A model generated the notes under the pieces. That model worked only from the letters and a program-made list of their open reading frames with translations. It had not been told where the DNA came from and did no database searches. 64,000 nt of DNA from Octopus sinensis (taxonomy: Eukaryota): the NCBI RefSeq assembly GCF_006345805.1, contig NC_042998.1, positions 149,296,001-149,360,000 on the forward strand. Reading direction: 5' to 3'. The translations under genes and the position numbers were made by a program. Shown one piece after another: positions 26,680-41,369 of this stretch. The stretch's first letter is position 1, and every line of letters starts with the position of its first letter.

Positions 26680-27045
26680 ACTCTTTTACTTGTTTCAGTC
26701 ATATGACTCGGACATGCTGGAGCACTGCCTTTAGTCGAGCCAATCGACTCCAGGACTTATTCTATCGGTCCCTAAGGTCGAACCGCTAAGTTACGGGGGC
26801 GTAAACACACTAGTATTGGTTGTCAAGCGATGTTGGCGAGACAAACACAGACACACAAACATATACACACACATATATAGATATACATATATACGACGGG
26901 CTTCTTTCAGTTTCCGTCTACCAAATCCACTCACAAGGCTTTGGTCGGCCCGAGGCTATAGTAGAAGACACTTGTCCAAGGTGCCACGCTGTGAGACTGA
27001 ACCCGGATTCATGTAGTTCGTAAACAAGCTACTTACCACACATGC
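26680..27045 (-). mobile_element. SINE family A copy
   Basis: Reverse family motifs. Confidence 0.8.
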
Positions 27046-27689
27046 TCACATTTGGACATGCAACTATATGAATGAATATACATACATAATACAAAGCATA
27101 CAGATTTGCACATGTACTGACGCTACATACTTGCATATACACACACACGAATATACACAACCGCTCTGATAGTATTTATTGAAATTCCAATGGAGGACCC
27201 GGAATCTTTCTCCATTGGTAAGAAATCTAGAAATAAAAGTAATAACATATGTAATAACATTTGTAAAAGATATAAAATTTTAATCGCCAATTCTCATTCT
27301 CCTCGCGCATACAGCAACAACGAAATGGTAAATATTGGTCGCTGCCGTTGTTGCTTAAAGCTATAACGATTAATATCGATCAAAACAATGATGAAAGCCG
27401 TTCCAGCCGTGCCTGTTCCATCTTTATAAATCTTGGATTACTTTCTCTTACAATTTAAACAGTTCCATTATTTATTTTTGTTCTTGTTATTTGCAGAAAG
27501 ATCTTTAAAAAGGAATCTAAGGCAGGCAGAATAAGAGTGGCTACCTAAGTGTTTTTGGAAGTGAACGATACCAAACCCCTTAGCGGCGGTGGAAAATTGT
27601 TTATGGAAACTAGGGGAGGGGGACGATAGATGTATCCGTAGAGTTTAATTTTTTAAAGTTTAGACCCTTAATGAAATATTGGCTTTAAG

Positions 27690-27880
27690 GCACAAAGCCA
27701 GCAATTTTGAGGTTGAGGGTAGGTCAATGACATCGAGCCTAATATTCAACTAACGGGTGTTTCTTTTATTTACACCCAAAAGATGAAAGGGAAAGTCAAC
27801 CTCGAAGTAATTTGAACTCAGAACAGAAAGATGGACGAAATGCTGCTAAGCATTTTGTACAGCGTGCCAACGTTTCTGCA
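27690..27880 (-). mobile_element. SINE family B copy
   Basis: GATGAAAGGGAAAGTCAAC...TTTGAACTCAGAAC. Confidence 0.65.
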
Positions 27881-28329
27881 GGCAATGAGTAAGAAAGCTA
27901 AACACGTACACACATACACACATACACACACACCAGGAGAAAGAATTAAAGTGACGAAAGAGAAGGAGTAAATGACAAAGTAGTAATGGGAAGGGTTAAA
28001 CAAATGAGAAATTTGTTTTATTTAAATATATTTTTAATTAATCATCATTTTTCTTTTGAAAATTACTTTACATTTCACCATTGTATATAAGCACCAAGAC
28101 ATTTTTATAAAAGTTAAATTATAGTTATTGTATTTACTCATATTTCTTGATACTCCCCATGGTAATAAAAGTTTGCTTCCAAAGTTACCCGTCCTGTGAA
28201 TGGTAACTCTCTAATAAGTAAATAGGATAGTTATTACCCCCTCTCTTTTGTTCAAGGTGTTAGTTTAACTGCAACATCACTCCGCTTTAAGGTTAAATGG
28301 TATATAATTTTTCTCTGATATTGGAAAAA

Positions 28330-28470
28330 GATCATAAATTTTGAGAAAAGAGGGTTGAGTCGATTACATCGATCTCAATACTTGACTGGTATCTTATTTT
28401 ATCGACCCCCAAAAGGATGAAAGGTGAAGTTAATCGTAGTGTTTTTCGAACTCAGAACGTAGAGAGCCAA
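28330..28470 (-). mobile_element. SINE family B copy
   Basis: TTATCGACCCC..AAGGATGAAAGG. Confidence 0.65.
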
Positions 28471-28709
28471 AAGTAAAGCCATACATTAATTCTATATTTA
28501 TAATATTTGCAACAGGGCAGTATTAATAGCGAGAAGTAATATTGGTCCCCACTTAAACAAAGTGCATTTTGAATGAAGAGCCAATATGAAAGTTTCCCTT
28601 ATGATATCTGACACAGTATAGTTTGTTCTAATTCGATATTTGTCTTAAACTTTGCTCTTCCTGTCTCGTACTTTTTCAAGTATGTTGTCTGTAATTATAT
28701 TCTACCAAT

Positions 28710-28930
28710 ATAGTGGTGAACCAACAGAATCCGTTAACGCATTGGACAAAGTTCTTGACAATATTTCTTCTAGCTCTTTACGTTCTGAGTTCGAAAACCA
28801 TCGCGATCACCTTTGCCTTTCATTCCTTCGGGTTCCATAAAATAAAGTACCAGTCAGGTAGTGAAATCAATGTAATTGACAAAACCCTCTTTCCTCAAAA
28901 CTGATGGCCTTGTTCCAATATTAGAAAAAA
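28710..28930 (+). mobile_element. SINE family B copy
   Basis: GTTCTGAGTTCGAAA...TTTGCCTTTCATTCCTTCGGG. Confidence 0.65.
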
Positions 28931-30384
28931 ATTATACACCATCTAACCTTATAGTGGAGTGGTGTTGTGGTTAATAGTTAATCTTGTACCCTGAACTAAA
29001 TTACTTTCGCCTGATATTAAGTGTATGTATACATCAAAAATGTATAGGGGGTGGTGTTGAATCGTAGCAAGAAAATGTGGGAAACGTGTGAGTGAAAAGT
29101 TTAAAAGTTTGAGGTATACGGCAATACATGATAATACAGAAATTCATTAATGAAATGTTTGGCTAATGGCAGGAGACGAAATAACCCAAACTTAATCTTC
29201 AGGAGATATTGCCAAATTATTTTCTTTAAATGCGTTGATCATTGTCTATGAGGAGAGAATTTTTTTCTTTTCACTGAAGATCTTTTATTTCTTCCCCATT
29301 TCCTGGCAGACTATTCTCAATTCCAATCAATGTTTTAGAATGAACGACTTAATTGTGGAGAAGAAAATTCTAACGACCAATTCCGCCACTATTAACCATA
29401 ATAAACAATAATCTTCTTCACATAGACTCTGTCTTTGTTAAGTCTTCGAGGTTTTCATACTTCTACATCTAACAGCTATGGTGCTGCTTGTTTTCCATAT
29501 AGATCAATCATTTTCATCCCAGATTAGAACTTATTCTGCAATGGTTCATTACTCTAAATGTTGCCATAAACCAAGAGGATGAAATGTTTAATGTCCCCAA
29601 AGGTTCCCTCTCCCAACAGTAAATAAAATATTTTAAATCTGAAAAATCTAATAGAAAGGCACCGAGTTCTGGAATTTTGTAGAGGCAACATCAACATTAT
29701 TAGTTAAAAATTATGTATCTGATAGGAACATTGTTGCATCATTTTATCACTTATTCTAATCCTCCTTCAGTAATTGCATTAATTTTCTTCTTAAAAAATT
29801 TCTTCTTAAAATATTTTACTGTTTACACAAATATTGCATCTTTTTCTTGCTTTTTTGTTAAATCGAGAGCTTCGCTTGCCCTCCAAGATGTTGATTTTAA
29901 TTCTCTGTTTAAATAACTGCAGATCAACACCTGCAGGAAAGACATGAACACGAAGGAGCTTCCAGAGGGAGGTTGTTCAGGAGAAAGGACATAACTGTAT
30001 GATCTGTGCAGAGTCGAGGAGTTAGGTAGGCATACAGAAAATGACTGTGTCATGGATGTCTGAGTGATTGAGGTACAAAAAACAGAAGCCATTAAAGAAA
30101 GAATTGAACATAGATAGAGGAGATAAGAAGTCTCTGCTGTCAATAAAGCCTCTGCTTCTTTGAGGAGATCAAATAATTTTATTTAAATTCTTTAAATTGG
30201 TTCAGCTTTAAAGCTGTTGTCATGCTGGGTCACCACCGTTAATACCAAAACACACCATGGATTGTTTCCTATTCTTGCCGAAATAATTAAAATACCATTT
30301 GTCATGAAGCTCTTTACTCATCAGTTCATAAATATTACTAATTAAACGGATAAATTATAAAGCTCTTTCCCAAGTCATATAAGT

Positions 30385-30550
30385 CATATAAGACCGGTTT
30401 CCCGGTTTGTATGCATACCTCTGGATGGGACGCCAGTCTATCGCAAGACTATAAAATTGTGTCGGTTGGGTGGACTGGAACAACGCGAAATGAAATGTTT
30501 TGCTTCAGAACACAACCCACTGCCAGGTCCAGAAATCGAAACCACTATCT
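30385..30550 (-). mobile_element. SINE family C copy
   Basis: GGTGGACTGGAACAACGCGAAATGAAATG family motif. Confidence 0.6.
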
Positions 30551-31344
30551 TACGATTAGATTTTTCAAATGTTAACGTTAACTGACCTTCTCCAACACAC
30601 TTGTCTCCAATTTTATATTTTCTTGAAAAACTATAAGCATTTCCTCTCATCTGAACCAACAAAGCTGTATTCCCACCACCTCAACTGAAATCCACTCAAA
30701 GCACATATAATATTTTCCGTATGTGCTTTGATAACAACCAAGACTCCGATCTAAGCCATATTCTCTCTGCAAAGATCGCAAGATGAGGCTCGACCACATT
30801 GTTCACACATTAGTGGGGTGGGGAAGAAAGAAACATAACAGGATAACACTGTTAGCAGAAGTAAGAAAGGTAAAGGAAGAGGATGGAATATTTTACCTGA
30901 ATAAATCAAGGGAGGTTAAGTTAAGTTAAAAGAAGTTAAAAGTACTTAAAAACAAGACAAGAGAAAGTGGAAAAGTGGAATAATTAAAAGAATGAAAAAA
31001 TGAAAAAGTGTGATGAAGTGGATTTTTTTAATAAACTTCATAAGCTTGAAAAATCTCTTGAAGAAAAAGTTTATAGAACAATTCATAAAATCTCACAAAT
31101 TCTCGAAGAATCTCGAAAGATTTTGAAGGTTTCAGAGTTATGAAGCACATTAATATCAGAAAAGGATTAATTAAAGAAAAATGTAAACTAAAATTAAATT
31201 GCGTCCGTGTCTTCTTTTAGCATTCATTGATAAAGGGCAGGTTTGAGTCCCTGAATATTTTCTCTTCAAGGTCACACTAATATGCACGATATTTTGCCAA
31301 CTGTGATCATTAATAGATTCTTCGATAGTGATTGTCTAAGATTG

Positions 31345-31560
31345 AAACTCCTAAAACGCCAAATTCTGGCACAACGCCAGCGATTTCGGTAGGTTGATTA
31401 CATCGACCAAACATTCAACTGATACCAATTTTATCGAATCCGACAGGATGACGGTTAAAGTCGACCTCAGCGAAGTTTGAACTCAGAACGTAAAGAAAGA
31501 CGAAATGTTGTTAAGCATTTTGCCCGACGTGCTAACAATTCTGCCAGCTCGCAGCCTTAC
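31345..31560 (-). mobile_element. SINE family B copy
   Basis: AAAGTCGACCTCAGCGAAGTTTGAACTCAGAACG. Confidence 0.7.
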
Positions 31561-32772
31561 ACAAATGAAATATTACTTTACTGGTCGTAAAAGAAAATGA
31601 CTACTCCGGTGCTCGACAATCACCGTGATATGTGGAACTAGTGAAGCTGAAGGTTATAAAACAAGGTTTAGTTACAGCATCGCGGTTGACCGTATTAAAA
31701 AACTGTCCGACGACACGGCTGGTGTTGTTGATATAAGCATTCACCAGGAGATATATACGTTCACGTAAAGGAACGCTTCACGAAACTCTGTTCCAAACTG
31801 TCGTTTGATGCAGGTGAAATAAATGTGGGTTGGCTGGCTGGCTGGTTGATTCTCCTGCGACACTTTTCATAAGTATACAGTGATAGGGTGTAAGGATATA
31901 AAGTGAAATACAAATCGAGTTAAAATAAGGGGTGCAGGAAGGGTACATATACTAGGCTTGGTAACAGGCAAGGAGTATAAGAAAGCTATACAAAGGGAGA
32001 AAAAACATAGATACAGGAGTGGAGGAGTGGAGGAAGGGAGGGGGTAAATGAGAGTAAAGAAAAAGTCATACTATTGAGAAATTTATTTTTATTTAATAAC
32101 GTTTCAAGGTAATAAATATATTCCCTTTGATAATTAATATTCATTTCATCATTTTGTAAAGGCGCCAAGAAATTTGCTTAAAGTTAAATTATAATTATTT
32201 TATGTATGACATATTTCTTGATATTACTCAAGGTTGTAAAAGTATACCTCCAAAGTCTCCATCATCTTACGCTTAACACTTCAGTAATAATACTGACTAC
32301 TACAATTGGTCGATTTGTAATGATGTGCGTCATCATAAATCATCTCAGGTTATCTTTTGAACAATGACCTTCTTTGAACTAGTTATGCCATAATCCCCTC
32401 TATCCTGGAAGTCGTTTTTGCCGTATTTTAAACATCCCGGAAATAGTTATTGCCTTAATCCCTTATATCCCGGAACACCAGTTTCGGGATGCAGAGTATA
32501 TAATTTTACAAATCCGGGCCTTTCCCAGCAAATTGGTAAGCTTTTGCAACTCCGCACGCGTCCCTATTTTTCCTACCGACTCTAACCTATCTGTGTTTAT
32601 ATTCAACAACAATGACACTAAGCTCACTTTACATGTACGATTAGAGGGGTTGCGGGATCCTGAGGGCGCTGTCCTTCCTCTTCTGAATAACTAGTATTTA
32701 TGTATTCAGAGATAAAGTAGAGACTAAAAGTAGAATTGTTTATGGACTTAAATTGTAAATTATATAAATGTA

Positions 32773-32882
<110 letters not shown>

Positions 32883-32903
32883 TCTATATATATATATATA
32901 TAG

Positions 32904-32935
<32 letters not shown>

Positions 32936-33619
32936 GTTTATATACAAATATATATACACATATATATATATATACATATATAAGTATATACACGCACATA
33001 TATATATATATATACGCGCACATGTACACAAAATAATTTACCCATACATGCATGCATATACACATACATATTCAAGTATGTTTGTGAGATAGAACGTGAA
33101 TGTGTGTATGTGCATCTGTACATCTATATATATACACACATGCATATATATTATATATATATACAAATTCGTTCTTCACAACTCCTGAAGCTGTTTTCTA
33201 GCAAGGGTGGGGGAGAATCAGGGTATTTTCATAGAGCTGCAGGCTCCAATCGAAACAGGGAACCCGAAATGATAAGGTTGAGAAACGTTATTATAGATTA
33301 TGCCTAACCGAAAACGATCATAGCTACATCATCCAAACAGACTGGGTGAAACCGGGCTTAGCTGCTAGTATATATATATATATATATATGGTGGTTGTTT
33401 ACCCCTTATGCAGAGTTTGACCACCTCCTACACCTAGGAACTATCATGGCATCTGATGTGGGTTTTTAAACCAAACAATGTTTTGAAAAGACACCCACAT
33501 AGATTGCATATCCGATATGGCCCATCAAGAATTGCCGTTGAGTTCTGATCTTTGTGGATCTTAAAATGACTTTTGAGTCATCCGTTAGATTTGCAGACCT
33601 GGCATACATTGGCATATAT

Positions 33620-33681
<62 letters not shown>

Positions 33682-35679
33682 TATGTATGTATGTATATGA
33701 GCAGATTTGAATGTCTTGTTTTATGTATGTATTATTATGCATATAGTTGCATATCTATACAAGCTCATATATGCTTAAATGATAAACTTCTGAAAAATTT
33801 TACAGATTTTTACAGTTCCAGTGATGGATTGGACCTGTAGTCTCCGAATCATCTTTCTGGTTTTGAAAAGCCTAATTTCTCAAGATTGGTATTTAGGCAA
33901 TGTGTTATATATCCCAGTGCCCCAATAATTACAGGTATAAACCTAAACGTGTAATTGCAGATTTCTCAATAGTTCAACGTAGGTATTTTCTATTCCTCTG
34001 ATCTTTACCTTTGTATGTATGTATGTATGCATGTATGTATGTATGTATGTATGTATGTATGTATGTATGTATGTATGTATGTATGTATGTATGTATGTAT
34101 GTATGTATGTATGTATGTATGTATGTATGTATGTATGTATGTATGTATAGAAGTGGGGGGGATGTATACACAAACTGTATGTCTGCGTGAGCGAACGAAA
34201 GAAGAATTCAACATATTTAGTTGAAATTACATGTATTAAAATGAGTTTGACGTAAGTCCACATCACTTAACGTTTCGTGGGTGTAGAACAGATCAACATC
34301 ATCATATGTTGAGAATATCTGTGGAACTGGACGAATAATGATACCCATCGAATTGTGATTCCTCAAGTTGACCCTACCCCCGCATTATCGATGAACTGCA
34401 TCGTTTGTTGGCTTATGAATCCATTCGAAACAGAGCTAGCAAAAATCTAGATTCTCTTTTTTTTTCCACGGTAGCAGTAATGTAGACCATAAAACGCGTA
34501 GCGGTTGTAATATTATGTCTCTTCTCGGGCTTCAAGAATACGGTAAGATTCATCCTCTCTTCATTGCCGTTACGGAGTGGAATGGAAAAAGGGTATACTC
34601 CATCATGATGCCTATTTCCAGGTCTGTTAGTGGCAAATTCCTTAAAGATAAACAGCCCGATTGTTGATCCAAGTGTTTCATTAGATGTACTCTCATATAA
34701 CCCAAAAGGAGAAAAGAAAAATGAAATCCAATATTTTGTGAATCAGTCCATCACGAATGGATTGATCTGTATATGTCTTGTCTATGCAGATAACCAGAAT
34801 GTCTTTTATTCCCTTCACAGAAAGCAGAATAAGACGTTAAATCATCTGATGAAACCCAAGTCAGTGTAGGTCTCCGTGGACACCGGCTTTCTGAATTGTT
34901 CTATTCCATTCAAAATATTGATGTTCTTTATGTCAGTCCTCCATACATCATAAACGATATTATTCGATACGTCGAGGAAGGTCTCCAGAAACCATGTTAC
35001 ACTTGACGTTACGGAAAGCAATCTAGACGGAACTGATGTCTTAATAGTTTACCCACTTAAACAGGGATGTTCTGTTGGAACAAACAGTACTGCAGTAGAT
35101 ACCATGAGAGAAACTCCCGTATTGGCCTTTGGTGTAAAATACACTCTTCTTTATACCGCTTGTGGAAAGATAAGTTTTGGCGCTGGAGATGGTGGAGATT
35201 TGACTGCCCGCTAGTGCTATATAGAAGAGTGCACTTTCAGTATTAATACTTCCTTTGTCGCTAATATATATTGATGAATTTTAATCTCATGCAAACCATT
35301 TGCCTTGCACCATTCATGCAGTTTATGCTCACTTCTATCGTCTCATCAATATTCTGAGGACGCGATGACAGTGTTTGTAAATCTTAATTGAATAAGCAAT
35401 ATGGCCTGGGTACCCTTGGATCAAGGCCATATCAAGGCCATCTTCACAAATAATTCAATGATTGTTTGACAGACTCGTGGAAGGAATTCTTCGCTGATTT
35501 CATGTAGCGATGTGTATTGATGGGGTCCGATCGATCAATGCATAAATTACTCCCAAATTCTTCATTAGATATCTTAAAAGTGGACAATCTGTGTTGGTTA
35601 AGCAAGATTTTCCCAATCCGAAATTTGTGGTTAAAATATTGGTTTATAAATTTTCGCACAAGGGCAGAAATTTCGTTGA

Positions 35680-35820
35680 AGACGATAAGTCGATTACACC
35701 GACGCCGAAAGGATGAAAGGTAAAGTCGGTCTCGGAGGAAATATGAATTTAGAACGTGAAACCGAACAAAATACCGTTAAGGGTTTTGCACAGCATGCTA
35801 AGGCTTTTTCCATCTCGCTT
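35680..35820 (-). mobile_element. SINE family B copy
   Basis: CGAAAGGATGAAAGGTAAAGTCGG. Confidence 0.65.
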
Positions 35821-36118
35821 CCTTAGATGTGTTTAAAACATTCATGAGAATTCTGTCCCTGACTCTTATTTCAGATTTGATTTCTACTGTTAACTACAAT
35901 ATTCCATTATATGTCACACAGTAGGGTTGATATAATTTTTTTGACTTATGTTGAGGTTGCATTCGAGTCTTATATTTCCACATTCTTATTCTTTCCATTT
36001 CTGGTCTTTCTTTTACTGTAAAGGGTTTTATCGACTCTTGTTTAGTTTCACCATTACATCCTCATTTATTTTAGCTCAGCACTTTTCAGGAAAACTCGAG
36101 GTAAATGCGTTTGCTTTC

Positions 36119-36163
<45 letters not shown>

Positions 36164-36267
36164 ATATATGGTGTGTGTGTGTGTGTGTGGTGTGTGTGGT
36201 GTGAGTGCGTGTGTGTGTGGTATACATGCATACATACATACATACATACATACATACATAAATACAT

Positions 36268-36310
<43 letters not shown>

Positions 36311-37039
36311 ATATTCATACACGTGCACTGTCATGCGTGCGCAAACACATACACACATACACACGCACACTCGCACAAATATATATACGCATCATTATAT
36401 ATATATATATATACATATATATACATATACACACACACATGCATATATGTATACGAACAGAGGCCAACCATACTCAGATGCATTCATAGTTGCATACATA
36501 CAAATATATGCATATACTCACGTACAAACACACACACACTCAAATATGCAGTGTTGGTTTATGTGGGTGTATATTTACTGTAGTACGTGCGTTCACTTCC
36601 CAACAAACAATTCAGCGATAGGAAATGGACCAAAATATATTCCTGTCTACCACCCATGATGACCGAGATCTGTCTGAGAGGGGGCGCTTCCAGTCCTGCA
36701 GACACACGCTGGTAATTATAGGTCCCCATAAACTGAGAGTAATTGAAGCTTCATTACTCATTTATCTCCATGGTAACGCCAAGCGGCCACGAATCAATAG
36801 TAAGTATGCTTCACTAATCACACTTGGCCATAATGCAGCAAACTATTAAAGCCGTCGTCTCCTGCCTGTAACATCACACCATTTCGCTGTATATATCTAT
36901 GTATACGAATATATACATAATATGTGTGTGAGTGTCTCTGTGTGTGAGTGTGTGTGTGTGTGTGTGTGTGGCTCTGTGCGGTGCTTATGTGTGCATGCGT
37001 TTGTATATGTATAATATATATATATATATACGTTATATA

Positions 37040-37083
<44 letters not shown>

Positions 37084-37101
37084 TATTATATATATATATT
37101 A

Positions 37102-37153
<52 letters not shown>

Positions 37154-37861
37154 GGGTGTATATTTACTGTATATTTATATTTATATAATATATATATACA
37201 TATATATATGTGTGTATATATATATATATGTGTGTATATATATATGTGTATATATGTGTGTGTGTATGTATGTGTGTGTATATATGTGTGTGTGTATGTA
37301 TGTGTGTGTGTACGTGCATATATAAATATATATGTGTGTGTGTGTGTGTATGTGTGTGCATAGACGTTTGTTTGTGTATGCACATACAAATACATACACA
37401 AGCGCACATATATGTGTTTGTGCATGGATATATACACATGTGTATATTCAGAAAGGTGATGTGTGTGCATTCCTGTATGTATGTGTTTATTTGCGTATAT
37501 GTATGTGTGTGTGTGTGTGTGTGTTTACTTTGTATGAATAAACTTTTATATAAATCTATGAAGATACAAAATTTGTATATTAAGTCATATAGATAAACAT
37601 ACCTATATTTATCTGTCTATATTTATATACAAACACGATTATAAAATTTGTGTGTGTGTATATGTGTGTGAATTTGCGTGTGTATGTACATATGTATGCA
37701 TGTGTATGTATGTATGTATGTATGTATGTATGTATGTATGTATGTATGTATGTATATATGTATGTATGTAAGCATAATATATATATAAATATATATATAT
37801 ATATGTATATATCTATGTATGCTTGTGTATATGCATGTATGTATGTATGTATGTATGTATG

Positions 37862-37895
<34 letters not shown>

Positions 37896-38239
37896 TGTAT
37901 GTATGTATGTACGTATGTATGAGCGATTGAGAATACTTACGAAGGAAGGAGTGCTCAACGTATGCGGCAGAGTTTATTTATTCGGTAACAGGCATCGGTT
38001 TGTTGTCTGAACGATCCCACGGTGCAAGAAACTTGAAGTATAACCATAGTTAGCAACCTTTTTCTTTTGTATTTTTCTTTTGTGTGTGTGTGTGTATGTC
38101 TGTGCCCACTCGCGTGTCTATGATTGATTATACAGACAGTGGAAACAGAACTCAATACGTAAAGTAGAGTGCTTATGTTATATTCTTACTACGCAGTTGA
38201 GATGCTGCGTGAGTGCTTCAAGAGCCGAGAATTTTGTGT

Positions 38240-38463
38240 GCAGTCCTACGTGGTGTCTTGGGCAAGTGTCTTCTACTATAGTCTCGGGCTGATCAAAGCC
38301 TTGTGAGTGGATTTGGTAGAAGGAAACTGAAAGAAGTCCGTCATATATACATATACAAAATTAAAAGTAATGTATGTAATATAACTTTTAATCTTCGGAT
38401 CGGATTTTTTAAATATGCTAAGCCACTCTTATTGATTAATCATATTTCTACCCTTATTATAAA

Positions 38464-38506
<43 letters not shown>

Positions 38507-38750
38507 TATATATATATATTGTGTGTGTGTGGTGTTTGTGTGCTTGTTCCCCTCCATTACCGCTACAACAAGTGATGGCGTGTTTATGTCCCAGTAACTT
38601 AGCGGTTCGTCGTTTTAGATCAATAGAATATGTACCTAGTTTTTAAAAAAAAGTACTGAGGTCGATTCCTTCGACTAAAAATTGTTGAAGGCAGTGCCCC
38701 AGCATGGCCGCAGTCTAATGATAGTAAAAAGTAAGAGAATAAAAAAAAAA
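38240..38750 (+). mobile_element. SINE family A copy interrupted at its internal microsatellite
   Basis: 5' half at 38240-38345, 3' half at 38520-38750. Confidence 0.65.
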
Positions 38751-39109
38751 CGATAAATGTATTTTAACACCTCCAAATTTCCTGTGTATATGCATTCAAT
38801 AGATTGAAAGATGACTTCGAGACTGAGATAATGGTTGTTTTTGTAAAATTCAAGGTTGACATGGATGCATTTTGCAGCTTGATGAGCGTCCAAAGTATTT
38901 TCCATTTAATTGCATTCATGCTTGAATGAATCACATTAATAGCATCAAGGTATGCCGAATATAACTATTTAACTAAATTCAAAGCAGCTCAGACTGTATT
39001 TTTTAACATGTCTGGTGCCTTAACGCAATCTTCAGGTAGTGCCTATGGCGTAACAAGTAAAAAGCAGGACGATAGGATGAGAGAAAAGAAAACGAGAAAA
39101 TACTTTTTT

Positions 39110-39290
39110 GATCTGTTGATATATGGTGTCGCTCTTTCAACCATTTTCCACTTTACTGCATGTAGTTTGGCGTTAGACTTCAAATGCCATATGTGGCAAG
39201 CCAACTTAGTGGCTTTACTTTGTCCCTGTGTCGGAAGGAAGATATGTGTTAAAAAATGACGCCAGAGCTGCTTTCATGGCATGAAACTAA
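39110..39290 (-). pseudogene. Penelope-like GIY-YIG C-terminal fragment
   Basis: HISSFRHRDK / KATKLACHIWHLKSN..VKWKMVERATPYINRSKK (one frameshift). Confidence 0.6.
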
Positions 39291-39378
39291 TAAAATGCTC
39301 ATAAATGCATATATTGTGTTTATTAATAATATTTATCTCTCACCAGATGGCTTACTTTTTTTGTTGATCTGTACACTA

Positions 39379-40630
39379 TATACAAGGTATCAAAAAAAAA
39401 TGTATAGATAATATAAATAATTGTAAAGAAGGTGTTTATTAAAATACATTTCATTTTCAAAATTTGATAGAATCTACAGACATTATTTTATTGTTTTGTC
39501 AACGTCTGTTTTCAAACTGAAGTCCGTTCTGGTCCAGGCACTGCCGAAAACGCGAAGCAATGGAATCGCAAACGTCACTAAACAATTAGGTATTTGTAGG
39601 CATTCTCGTTCAATGGTAGCTCAAATCAGCGACTGCTGCAGGTTTCATAGAGTAGAATTTGTCTTTTACGTATTCCCATATCCCAATAAAAAGTCTAGTG
39701 GTGTGAAGTCTGGCGAATGCGGAGTGTATTCAACGAAACCCCTTAGTCCAATCCACTTGTTTGGCAAGATCTCATCAAGGAAGTATCTAACATCGCGATG
39801 GTAGTGGGGTGTGCCCCATCTTGCTGAAAATAAAACTCCTTATCTTCAAAGACTTCTCTAATGCTTGGCATGACAGACTGTTGCCGCAATGTCATGTGAA
39901 CGTAGCGTCACAGTAGCGTCAACAAAGAATGGCCCAATTAATCCTCTTGATGATAAGCCACACAACTCTAACACCTGGCAAATTAGCATGGTGTTCCACC
40001 ATAACATGCGGATTTTCAGCCCCAATAGGTGCATTTGAACCATTTAACTTGCATGTGGCCTCATCACTCCACACAATCTTTGTTGGAAAGTGTGCATCTT
40101 CTAAACATCGTACCAAGTACCACTCGCACTACTGCACTCTTTGGTCTGGATCATCGTCATTAATAGCATGGACTAATCTTGAAACGTAAATTTTCTATTG
40201 ACAACGCTTCAAAATGCGTTGGAAAGATGATTTTGAAATACCTACCTCATGACACGCTTGCCACACAGATTTTCTCAGACTTTGGTGATACATTTCCAGC
40301 AATCATTCTTGTTTTGTGGTGGTTGTCGATGTTCGTGGTCTTCCAGAACACTTCTCGTGGACATTCTGAACAGTTCCATCGGCTTCAAACTCATCTCTAA
40401 TTCAAGTAATGATAAGTCGAGTTGGTGGATCTGTTTGAAACTCCCTCCTAAACTGTGTTTGCATTTCAACTGCGTTTTCACACTTCCAGTAGCATTTCAG
40501 AATGAATTTCCTTTGCTCAAAGCTTAGTCTGACTGCCATTATTAATTCCAATGGGTTTAATCTGGAAAGAAAAAAACATCAGTTGAGTTATCAGCTGCTA
40601 AAGTGTGTTTACATTTTATGGGACATATAT
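39379..40630 (-). mobile_element. Decayed Tc1/mariner DD41D (rosa/VS-type) element
   Basis: Ends resemble TACAGGGTGTCCCAAAAAAATGTA-type TIRs; contains the transposase pseudogene below. Confidence 0.75.
39499..40539 (-). pseudogene. DD41D transposase pseudogene
   Basis: MAVRLSFEQRKFIL..SGRPRT..VWSDEA..FQQDGA(PPH)..KWIGLRG..PHSPDFTPLDF; 41 residues between second and third D after repairing a 1-nt deletion; several stops and frameshifts. Confidence 0.8.
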
Positions 40631-41163
40631 CGTCTTTGTCCATCGTCTTAAATTACATATTTTTTTTACTTTCGTATGTCCACTCTGTGTTGTTTCGTTT
40701 TGTTTATTCGGGGTCCGATTATCTGCGCCTTTCGCAGGCACCACCAAAATGGGAACCCCTCAGTCTTATCATTAAAGGTGCGAGACTGTGTATTATTATT
40801 CTGGTTGATAACTAATGAAGAATTAGAGAGCGTCTGAGTCTTATACATATACCTTTTTCATCTGTTGTTTATTTACAATGCATTTTTCATTTATCAAGTA
40901 CCGATACGCAACACACACCAAACGTTTATTCACAATAAGTTTACATATATTCAGTGTGACTCTACTCTGCTCTACACTTTCGTAAGCACCGACATAGTGG
41001 AAGCAGAAACGGCCGTAGGAATGATATCTCATCGAAATGTTATGTCATGCTTTGTATTAAAAAATAATCTATGGATGTGGTCTAATTTGTTTTTGTTGAT
41101 CAAAATTTTCTCTCCATTTTCTGATTCTATATATATACATGCATATATATATATATATATATA

Positions 41164-41221
<58 letters not shown>

Positions 41222-41369
41222 ATATAAAATCAGAAAACGGAGAAAACTTTTGATCAACAAAAACAAATTAGACCACATCCATAGATTATTTTTTAAAACA
41301 AAACATGACATAGCATTTCGATGAGATAAAATCGCCATGATAGATCGTTAGCCACTACACACATTTTTT

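Noticed and set aside
34260-35500. Degenerate non-LTR RT on the minus strand
   Set aside because: Only faint hints (ETYTDLG, DQSIR); no YADD or QG motif could be recovered.
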